Shown here piece after piece: positions 56,268 to 64,000 of a stretch of DNA of 64,000 nucleotides. Each line of letters starts with the position of its first letter. Within the stretch, counting starts at the first letter, position 1. The position numbers and the translations under genes are program-made. The stretch spans positions 2,784,001 to 2,848,000 of the forward strand of contig CAWJWJ010000002.1 in the NCBI GenBank assembly GCA_963846575.1. Reading direction: 5' to 3'. Origin of the DNA: an uncultured Nitrospiraceae bacterium. GTDB lineage: Bacteria; Nitrospirota; Nitrospiria; Nitrospirales; Nitrospiraceae. A model generated the notes under the pieces. It did not search any database, was not told where the DNA came from, and saw only the letters and a program-made list of their open reading frames with translations.

Positions 56268-59200
56268 TTACGGCATGGACGCGGTGGAACGGGAAATCTG
56301 TCCCTCCCCCTGTTCCGACTTCGCCCTCTTCGTCGACGGCCCATGCTGACTCAACGGGAGAATCCGTTGGTCGTCCAGCGGGAGGACCTTGAGCAATCCC
56401 CACTGGCCGGACTGGGCGTAGGGCAATCGCTGGTTGCTCCAGACGTAGTCGCCCGGCAGGCGGAAACTTCCGCCAGCGGCGGGAATGAAGGCGTCCAGCG
56501 TCTCGGATGCGGAGAACTCCACGACGCTGATCTGGTCGGCCCCGCGCATGAACGGCTCGATCGGCCATTCATGTTTTTCGACACCGAACATGCCGTTCTG
56601 CTCGTTGCTGGCGCCGAACACATGGATGCGCACGGGATCACCCGCATGCGCCTCAATGAGCGGCGTCGCAAGACTCTCGGGCTGATCCACCGAACAGGGT
56701 TGGAACATCCTGCCTAAGGTACAGCCGTTCGATTCACGGAACTTGTACGGCTCCGACCGGTAGTTCACGGCGGTCAATCCCGCCGTGTTCTGCACATAGG
56801 GCATGAAACTCGTCCCGATGATGTTGTCCTCATCCTGAAAGAACAGGGCGACATCCCGGTAGTTCGAACGATGCTCGTAGCCCTGAATGGTCCGGTCGAC
56901 GATCACGTCCGCGATCCAGCTATTCTTCGTCGAAATATCCGCGCCGGTCTTCGGATCGCGATAGGAGGCTCCCTTGGGGCCGATCACGATTCCGCCGAAC
57001 AGGCCGTTGCGCGGGTTCGTCATCACATTCCCCCAATCCCACACCAGGGAAGCGGTCTCTCCGATGAATGGATCGGCGTAGTAGGTGTACAGCCGGCTCT
57101 CACCGGGCGCGACAGTCTGATCGCCCGGATTGTTGCCGACGTTCGCGCCCAGGGAATCCTTCGGATCGAACGCCAGACCGATCGCCGAGAACGAGGCTCG
57201 GCTCTCCTTCATCCTGTTGGTCAGCTTGACCTTGAGGCAGTCGCCGATATTCGCCCGCAGCGTCAGCGGCATCGGTTGCGCACCGGACGCCACGGTCGCC
57301 ACGTCTTCCTCCAAGACGTAAATCTTGGCCTCGGGGTTGACCATTTGAATGGTCCGCTCGAAATCGACCTCGATGGCGTCCGGCGCCTTCTGGTTCAACT
57401 TCATCGACGGGAAATCGATCGCCGCGACGTTGAAGCTCTTCACCGGCGCATCGGCAGGACAGACCGCCGGTGCCGGCGGAATCACATTGCGTCCGCTGTA
57501 ACCGGAGGGCAACTTCTGCAGATCCGGCACATCCTTATCCAACACCCGCAGGACACCCCAGGCGCCCTCGGAGAACTTGGACGAGCGACCGTTAAAGTGG
57601 ATGTAGTCGCCCGACTGCAGCCTCGGCCCGCCGGCTTGCGGCACCACCAGATCGTACCGCTCGGCGATGCCGATATGAATGGAGTTTTTCCGGTTCGCGT
57701 CGCCGGCATACCGTTCAGTCAAGAAGGTATGACCGGACAGCGTCCAGACCATGCTTTCGTTGGTCATGGTCTGCAACAGCCGGAACACGACCGTATCGCC
57801 CAGGTAGGCCCGCACCATCGGCGTGTAAGGATCGCCGTGTACGGCGCTGCTGAACAGTTTCGACGGATCCGGATCGGCCTTCAGGCGGCCCGAGATCGGT
57901 TCCGCCCTGAAATTGAGGCTGCCGCCGGTCGTATGTGTGCCGCCGTTCAGGAACGGCATCGGTGTCATCTTGATATGGTCCGGAATCGGGAAGGACACGG
58001 TCTTCCCCGCTTCCAACGCCACCTCGATCGGCTGACCGGGCGGGTTGCCCGCCGTGACGATATTGATGGTGTGCGGCACGCTATCGTTCAACTGGACCAT
58101 GAGTTCACGGAAGCTGCCGTTGACGCCATACCCCACCGGCTCCACGGTCCGGATGTCCGCCAGCGGCCCGCTCCGGATCGGTTTCCCGGTTTTCGGATCG
58201 TGGTAGGTGGATCCGACCGGCTCGACGATCATCGTGCCGAACCCGCCATGGCCCCAGGTAATCCGGCCCAACGCATGGTCGTGCCAGAACACGGTGCCGA
58301 CGTCCGAGTCGACCCAGAACCGCTGCCTGACGAATTCCACCGTCACGATATCCTTGACCGGATGATCGTGTTTCAGCGGCCGAACCAGGGTCAGTTCATT
58401 GCCCTTGATCGACTTGATCCGCCCGACTTCATTCCCGCCCACATTGTCCGCGCCGATCAGGATTTCCACTTCGGGATGGTACTGCGCGGCATTCTTGACG
58501 GTAATCACGCGGTCGCCCTTCTTCGCGGCCTTCGTGAACACCGTGTTCAGCGGCAGCGGCAGACCTTTCTTGGTCTTCTTCTCGAGCATGGTGAAGGGAC
58601 GCACCGATTGTTCGTTTGAGAAGCCGGTGATCACGCCGTCCGACGACTGGTTGTCGAACTGCAGGAAGTGCCAATGGGTATTGACCTTGGACGAATGGAA
58701 ATTCGAGTAGTCGTCGTCTTCCCATTCGCTGGTCAACATCCAGTCGACGCAATCGTAAATGTTCGACCGCACGACCAACGGGTACTTCAGGTCGTTGTTC
58801 TTCCTGATCGCGGCCTCTTCTTCATGCAGGACATAAATCAACCCGCCTTCATCCTTGATCGCCGGCGTCTCGCCCTGCTGATCGGCCAGCGTCATCGGCG
58901 TGTTGATGAAGTGCACGTTGTATTTCTTCGAGCCGGCATTCTCAGGACAGAGGCTCCACCGCCCGTTCTCACCGGGCTTCGCAGGATACGAGCTCGGCAA
59001 TCCGTCGTCGTCCAGGTGGATCATTTCCAGCCAGGGAGACGGATTGTGATTTTTTGAAAACGGGACGCGCCGCCCGAAATGCGGCTTCAGATGCGGCCAT
59101 GATACTTTGCCGGTCAAGGGCTCGAAGACAATCGGCAGCCGTTCACCGGGATGGGCCGACTGGTAGCGCGGATTCGGGACGGTGTTTTCCGGCTCGGTCA

Positions 59201-61151
59201 TCGCGCGATTGCCCTGCCAGCCCCAGTTCAACACGCTGGCATCATAGGAACGCGTCTGGTCCCGCTCATCCTGTTTGTGTCCCGGCAGCCCTTGCGGCGG
59301 GAACTGCATGTCGACCCAGTCTTTCAGGGTGACGATGGCCGGTTCCGCCTTCCAATCGGTTTTGCCCTTCTCGATGATCTTGAATTGTTTCCCAAACCAA
59401 TCGACGGTCTTGCCGATCAGCTCATCGGACGTCACGCCCGTCTTGATGCGGCCCTTGCGGTCCGGCAGCTCCAACAGGTCCGGCATGACGTCGTTATGGT
59501 TCGCTCCCTGCTGGATCGTGTTGTACACGCGCCAGTAGCCCCACATCCCGGCGATGTAATGATGGGCGACGTGGCAATGGAACAGAAAATCTCCCGCCAG
59601 TTGCTGACAGAGCCCGGACCCGCACTCGGTTTCCAGATCCATCGTTTCGGACGGGCCGATGACTTCCACGTCGACCCGGTCGGACTTCATCCGGATCACC
59701 GGATATTTCACCGGACCGTTCTTCGCCGCATGCCACAGCGGCATTTCATCGATGGCCCGGGGGCTTCGCGGCCACCGGATGGAGCCGCCATGCGGATGGT
59801 GAGAGTGGAAGACTTCCGACCCGCCGTGCACGAGACGGAACTTGGCCGGGTCGCCGAGGTAACTGCGGGGAATCGTCGTGGCGGGATCGCCGAACGTATA
59901 GGCGCTGTAGGCCATCGATTCGTCCTCGAACCCGAAATATTCGTGCTGGGTCTGCATGTTGTCGACCCCGAACGGCTCGCTGCGGTAATTCAGCGCGCGG
60001 GCCACCGGTCGGTAGACGTCGGTCAGGGGATCGCGCTGCGGAATGAAGTCGCCCTTTTTGTTCAGCGGGCGAAAGGCCTCATCTCCGACCTCATGGTAGA
60101 AGAGGACGAACTCTCGAAAATCCGGGCCGGCTCCGTTCTTGATGATGGCCTGCCACCCGCTCTTGGTCGGCTTGGGATCTCCGGTCCCCAGCGGTTCGAG
60201 ATACTCGGATCCCTTCGGCTCGATCACGAAGGAACCGAACAGTCCCATCACGGTCAACTCACGATCGTTGCTATAGGAATGGAATTGGCGGCTGCCCTCC
60301 TGCTGCGTGGGCGGGATGTACCATTCCATCTCCACCGCCTTTCCCGGCGCGGCGATGCTGTCGGGATTCGTGGTGGTGGCCGGCTGACCGGTCGACGACA
60401 CAATCATGCTGGAGCCATGGATGTTCAAACTGACTTCTTCGTCGCCTTCCAACTGGTTGCGCAGCGTGAGCTTCACGCAATCGCCCTGGTTGCCGCGCAG
60501 GACCAGCGGTTGAATCCATTGATTCTGCAATCCGTTCATCACGGCGCCCGGATCGAATCCGTCCTGCTCGCGCGCGTCACGATTCTTGGTCTCTTCAGCG
60601 CGAACCTGATCAAGCGACTCGGTCAGGGCGTACATATAGCCGGGATAAAAATCGAGCCACATGTTCAGCGTGATCTCGACGTTGATGGCCGAGACGTCGT
60701 AGCTCCGGACCGGCGCGCCAGCGGGACAGCGCCCACCCGACAACGACACGGGCTCGACGCCGCTGTTCGACATCAACAACATGTCCTGGGCCCCGGCCCC
60801 GTACTGATGCAGCATATTGACGTTGTTGTACATCCCATCGGTGCGCTGATGGTTCGAATCCTGCGCGAGCTGATCGTTGATCTTGTCCATGATGCGCTGG
60901 TGCTGCCGCTCCATCATGGCCGTCCGCTCGACATGCCCTTCATGCGCATCTTCGACGATGGTTTGCCCCTTGAGTCGCTCCGCCCAGGCCGGCGTCTCGT
61001 GCGCCGTCGCATGCAGGTCGGCAGGCGCCGCCGAGACGACCTGGAATGCCCCGACGCACAACGATGGCAGCAACAGACCCATGAGGGACATCCAGGCCGC
61101 CGACGGCCTTCGCTGAGACCCCTTGCTCGCCCTAGTTCGTGCCGATTTCAT
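56268..61151 (-). CDS. Very large (~1630 aa) exported multicopper oxidase (MnxG-like architecture)
   Basis: Cu motifs NIHG, FHSY, HSHHPHG, HCHVAHHY..GM, NTHWH, FWHDH; AGGAGG RBS before MKSART. Confidence 0.85.
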   Translation of the reverse strand: MKSARTRASKGSQRRPSAAWMSLMGLLLPSLCVGAFQVVSAAPADLHATAHETPAWAERLKGQTIVEDAHEGHVERTAMMERQHQRIMDKINDQLAQDSNHQRTDGMYNNVNMLHQYGAGAQDMLLMSNSGVEPVSLSGGRCPAGAPVRSYDVSAINVEITLNMWLDFYPGYMYALTESLDQVRAEETKNRDAREQDGFDPGAVMNGLQNQWIQPLVLRGNQGDCVKLTLRNQLEGDEEVSLNIHGSSMIVSSTGQPATTTNPDSIAAPGKAVEMEWYIPPTQQEGSRQFHSYSNDRELTVMGLFGSFVIEPKGSEYLEPLGTGDPKPTKSGWQAIIKNGAGPDFREFVLFYHEVGDEAFRPLNKKGDFIPQRDPLTDVYRPVARALNYRSEPFGVDNMQTQHEYFGFEDESMAYSAYTFGDPATTIPRSYLGDPAKFRLVHGGSEVFHSHHPHGGSIRWPRSPRAIDEMPLWHAAKNGPVKYPVIRMKSDRVDVEVIGPSETMDLETECGSGLCQQLAGDFLFHCHVAHHYIAGMWGYWRVYNTIQQGANHNDVMPDLLELPDRKGRIKTGVTSDELIGKTVDWFGKQFKIIEKGKTDWKAEPAIVTLKDWVDMQFPPQGLPGHKQDERDQTRSYDASVLNWGWQGNRAMTEPENTVPNPRYQSAHPGERLPIVFEPLTGKVSWPHLKPHFGRRVPFSKNHNPSPWLEMIHLDDDGLPSSYPAKPGENGRWSLCPENAGSKKYNVHFINTPMTLADQQGETPAIKDEGGLIYVLHEEEAAIRKNNDLKYPLVVRSNIYDCVDWMLTSEWEDDDYSNFHSSKVNTHWHFLQFDNQSSDGVITGFSNEQSVRPFTMLEKKTKKGLPLPLNTVFTKAAKKGDRVITVKNAAQYHPEVEILIGADNVGGNEVGRIKSIKGNELTLVRPLKHDHPVKDIVTVEFVRQRFWVDSDVGTVFWHDHALGRITWGHGGFGTMIVEPVGSTYHDPKTGKPIRSGPLADIRTVEPVGYGVNGSFRELMVQLNDSVPHTINIVTAGNPPGQPIEVALEAGKTVSFPIPDHIKMTPMPFLNGGTHTTGGSLNFRAEPISGRLKADPDPSKLFSSAVHGDPYTPMVRAYLGDTVVFRLLQTMTNESMVWTLSGHTFLTERYAGDANRKNSIHIGIAERYDLVVPQAGGPRLQSGDYIHFNGRSSKFSEGAWGVLRVLDKDVPDLQKLPSGYSGRNVIPPAPAVCPADAPVKSFNVAAIDFPSMKLNQKAPDAIEVDFERTIQMVNPEAKIYVLEEDVATVASGAQPMPLTLRANIGDCLKVKLTNRMKESRASFSAIGLAFDPKDSLGANVGNNPGDQTVAPGESRLYTYYADPFIGETASLVWDWGNVMTNPRNGLFGGIVIGPKGASYRDPKTGADISTKNSWIADVIVDRTIQGYEHRSNYRDVALFFQDEDNIIGTSFMPYVQNTAGLTAVNYRSEPYKFRESNGCTLGRMFQPCSVDQPESLATPLIEAHAGDPVRIHVFGASNEQNGMFGVEKHEWPIEPFMRGADQISVVEFSASETLDAFIPAAGGSFRLPGDYVWSNQRLPYAQSGQWGLLKVLPLDDQRILPLSQHGPSTKRAKSEQGEGQISRSTASMP

Positions 61152-61339
61152 GCCTCTACCTCCTCGTGAAACCGTCATCACCGTAACCTCAATTCAAAAT
61201 CGTTCGGTCAGGCGCCGCCGAACCTGCCGCTCATGGAGTGGATCACTCCGGAGGCCGGTCCTTTGTTCACTCATCCGTGAACCGGACGGGTGACCTGTGG
61301 TCCTTACACCGTTGGACCTGTACGTACCAACGGCAGTAG

Positions 61340-61355
61340 AGCAACTCCCGTTCCT
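61340..61355 (-). promoter_or_regulatory. Candidate sigma54 -24/-12 promoter of the multicopper oxidase
   Basis: Minus strand AGGAACGGGAGTTGCT = GG-N10-GC with TTGCT. Confidence 0.65.
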
Positions 61356-61427
61356 CATCTGAACAGTCTGAAAAAGCGACAATCCGCCGTGAATTGTGGC
61401 GGAGAACGATCACGGCCGGATCGGGAA

Positions 61428-61539
61428 ATGGGACATCGATGCCCCATCATCAGCGGGTGAAACAGGTGTAAGCGATCGAGTTTGTTATCGAAGTGTGGTG
61501 GTCGGAAGATTGCGCCCGCATGGGACATCGATGCCCCAT
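61428..61539. repeat. Two identical 20-bp near-palindromes (candidate enhancer sites)
   Basis: ATGGGACATCGATGCCCCAT at 61428-61447 and 61520-61539. Confidence 0.8.
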
Positions 61540-61632
61540 GGCGGAGGCCGGTCACGTCGAACGAAATGTCCGGCCATCGGAAACGGTGAGTTTTGACCGT
61601 TTCAGGAAACGGCCGGCCTGCTTAACGGGGCA

Positions 61633-63051
61633 TCAACAGAGCGCGCGGAGTCCGTGTTTCTTCACCATGCGCTCGATGGTCTTGCGGTCGACACCGGCCT
61701 CGCGCGCGGCGCGGCCCATGTGCCCTTCGTGCCGCTTCAAGAGCTCGATCAGGAAGCTGCGCTCAAACGTGGTGACGGCCGCTTGTTTCGCATGTTTGAA
61801 CGACGCGGCTTCGCCGGAACCTGCATCATCCGTCTCGATCTTGCGCAGGCGCTCCGGCAGGTGGGCATTCAAGATGAGCGGACCCTCGGCGAGTACCGCA
61901 GCCCGCTCGATGACATTTTGCAGTTCACGGACATTGCCCGGCCAGGAGTACCGGCACAACAGGTCCGTCGCGGACGCACTCAACTCCGGCACGAACGCGG
62001 CGCCGGGTCGTTGTTGTTTCAGGAACCGCCGGAGAAATTCCCTGGCCAGGAGCGGAATATCCCCGTCCCTGTTCCGCAACGGCGGCAGAGCGATGGGAAT
62101 GACGTTCAGGCGGTAATAGAGGTCCTCGCGAAACTCACCGCGCCGGCAGGCCGCTTCGAGATCTTGATTGGAGGCTGCAATCACGCGCACGTCCACCTCC
62201 ATGAACCGGATTCCGCCGACCCGTCGCATGTGCCGCTCCTGCAAGACGCGCAACAGGCGTGACTGCAGGGTCTGGCTCATCCCGCTGACTTCGTCGAGAA
62301 AGACCGTCCCGCCCGACGCCACTTCAAACAACCCTGGTTTTGATACGTGAGCCCCGGTGAAGGCCCCCTTTTCATGGCCGAAGAGTTCCGATTCGAGCAA
62401 GGTATCGGGAAGGGAAACGCAATCCACGGGCACGAAGGGGCGGTCGGCCCGGAGGCTGGCGTCATGAATCGCATGCGCGACCAACTCTTTTCCTGTTCCG
62501 CTTTCCCCGTAGACCAGGACGTTCGAATGGGTGGGGGCGACTTTTTGAATCAGATCAAAGACCGTGTGCATGGCCCGGCTTTCGCCGATGACGGACGCGA
62601 ATCTGGCGGGCCTGCGTGCAGGCATCGGATTCCGGTCCTCCTGTTGTCCGGCCGCTACGGTTTCCGGACCGAGACCCGCGCTCCCTGCCGCGAACGCGCG
62701 ACGGGCCACTTGCAGAAGATCGCTGCTCGCAAACGGCTTGGTGATGTAGTCGAACGCCCCATACCGCATGGAACTCACGGCGGTCTCCACGGTGGCGTGG
62801 GCCGTCAGCAGGACGACCTGCACGGAAGGATCGAGACGCTTGGCGGCCGTCAAGACTTCGATCCCGTCCAGATCGGGCATTCGTAGATCGGTGAGAATCA
62901 GGCCGGGGCGTTCGCGCTGAATGATCTCGAGCGCGCGCACCGGATTACATTCCGTGAGGCAGTCGTACGGGACGCGGCTCAGGATGCGGCGACAATTGTC
63001 CAGTGCATCCTGCTCGTCGTCGACGATCAGGATTTTTCCTGCAATCCCCAT
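61633..63051 (-). CDS. NtrC-family sigma54-dependent response regulator
   Basis: REC (IVDDE, TDLRMP, KPF), [22 protein letters not shown] and HTH. Confidence 0.95.
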   Translation of the reverse strand: MGIAGKILIVDDEQDALDNCRRILSRVPYDCLTECNPVRALEIIQRERPGLILTDLRMPDLDGIEVLTAAKRLDPSVQVVLLTAHATVETAVSSMRYGAFDYITKPFASSDLLQVARRAFAAGSAGLGPETVAAGQQEDRNPMPARRPARFASVIGESRAMHTVFDLIQKVAPTHSNVLVYGESGTGKELVAHAIHDASLRADRPFVPVDCVSLPDTLLESELFGHEKGAFTGAHVSKPGLFEVASGGTVFLDEVSGMSQTLQSRLLRVLQERHMRRVGGIRFMEVDVRVIAASNQDLEAACRRGEFREDLYYRLNVIPIALPPLRNRDGDIPLLAREFLRRFLKQQRPGAAFVPELSASATDLLCRYSWPGNVRELQNVIERAAVLAEGPLILNAHLPERLRKIETDDAGSGEAASFKHAKQAAVTTFERSFLIELLKRHEGHMGRAAREAGVDRKTIERMVKKHGLRALC

Positions 63052-64000
63052 GGTGCTCCTTCATCAACCGGAATTCCCAGGCCCGTGCCCGGCAGATACA
63101 CATCGAACGTCGCGCCCGCGGTCCCGTTTCGCGCCTCGATCCGGCCGCGGTGGTCCGAGAGAATACCGAAACTGAGAAACAGGCCGAGCCCGGTCCCCTG
63201 ACCGGCCGGCTTGGTGGTGAAGAACGGATCGAACACCCGGTCCAGGATCGCGGCTGGAATGCCCGGCCCGTTGTCAGAGACCGTGACCCGTACCCACTCG
63301 TCTCCATTCATGCGCGCGCGGGCCGTGCTCACCGTGATCACGCCCTGGGCCGTATACCCGGTCACCGCATCAATCGCATTGTTGATGAGATTCAACAGCA
63401 CGGTTTCCAACCGGTCACGATCTCCCATCACCGGCGGTAATTCCGGCGCCAGCCGGGTTTCGAGCCGCATGGCACGCCCGGCCACCCGTTCGCCGGACAT
63501 CGCCACGCAAGTCCGGACCACACAATTCAAGTCGAGCGGTTTCAACGTCGACACCGTGCCGCGGGAAAACGTGAGGATGCTGCGGGTGACCCGGGAAATC
63601 CGCTCCGCCTGAATGCGAATCGTGGCGAGATCCCGCTCGACCTCATGGGTCAGTTGTGTCTGGGCCGCATCGGCCTCCATGCATTCGATCCGGTTCAAGA
63701 TGATGCCGAGCGGATTGTTGATCTCGTGGGCGATCCCGCTGGCGACCTTGCCCAGGGTGGCCAGGCGTTCCGACAGCTCCAGTTTGCGCATGTGCCGGGT
63801 GATCTCAGCCGTTTTTTCTTCCACGCGATGAGTCAGCGCCGCGTTCAGGGACTCCAGCTCCGTTCGTGACGCCTGCAAGCGATCCGCCATGCGATGCACC
63901 GCCCCGGCCAGTTCTTCGAACTCATCTCCGGTTCGCAGATCGAGCGGACCGTCGTAGGTTCCCCGGCTGATGGCTTCGACTCCTGTCTTCAACACCTGGA
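63027..64000 (-). CDS. HAMP-containing sensor histidine kinase, 5' end outside window
   Basis: GDEFEELA HAMP, H-box AHEINNPL, NLINNA, DNGPGI, FDPFFTTK, GTGLGL. Confidence 0.93.
   Translation of the reverse strand, partial: QVLKTGVEAISRGTYDGPLDLRTGDEFEELAGAVHRMADRLQASRTELESLNAALTHRVEEKTAEITRHMRKLELSERLATLGKVASGIAHEINNPLGIILNRIECMEADAAQTQLTHEVERDLATIRIQAERISRVTRSILTFSRGTVSTLKPLDLNCVVRTCVAMSGERVAGRAMRLETRLAPELPPVMGDRDRLETVLLNLINNAIDAVTGYTAQGVITVSTARARMNGDEWVRVTVSDNGPGIPAAILDRVFDPFFTTKPAGQGTGLGLFLSFGILSDHRGRIEARNGTAGATFDVYLPGTGLGIPVDEGAPWGLQEKS

Noticed and set aside
56871..61169. 582-aa and 672-aa + strand ORFs
   Set aside because: Antisense shadows of the multicopper oxidase.

Overview
GC-rich bacterial window whose gene content suggests Nitrospira or a relative (inference only). 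The left part (1-13.7 kb) is ordinary: an RND adaptor fragment, a cupin, a TetR-YbhG/F/S-type ABC exporter, a GAF sigma54 activator and ackA-phosphoketolase-HAD. The right part (56-64 kb) holds a very large multicopper oxidase with a sigma54 promoter, paired palindromes and an NtrC/histidine-kinase pair. The middle ~42 kb (13.8-56.0 kb) looks like one coherent extracytoplasmic system that I do not recognise as described. It has four signal-peptide-bearing caspase-family (C14) proteases with intact His-Cys dyads, an ECF sigma/zinc anti-sigma pair, and CHASE2, FecR, DUF4384-like and HEXXH-TPR partners. It also has a tandem array of 17 secreted proteins, 14 of them small and Cys-rich, bracketed by DsbA and Lnt. 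Two patterns read directly from the sequence link these parts. First, a [VI]-x-x-R-[GAS]-[VILT] motif occurs in 15 of 17 array members, separating an acidic pro- or tail segment from the core, and also in the anti-sigma, a DUF4384 lipoprotein and a caspase. Second, seven copies of an ECF-type promoter motif, TGAACC-N15/16-CGACnnA, lie upstream of genes. Working hypothesis: an ECF-controlled, Arg-specific caspase-matured repertoire of disulfide-rich prepropeptides. All family calls are by eye, with no database searches.
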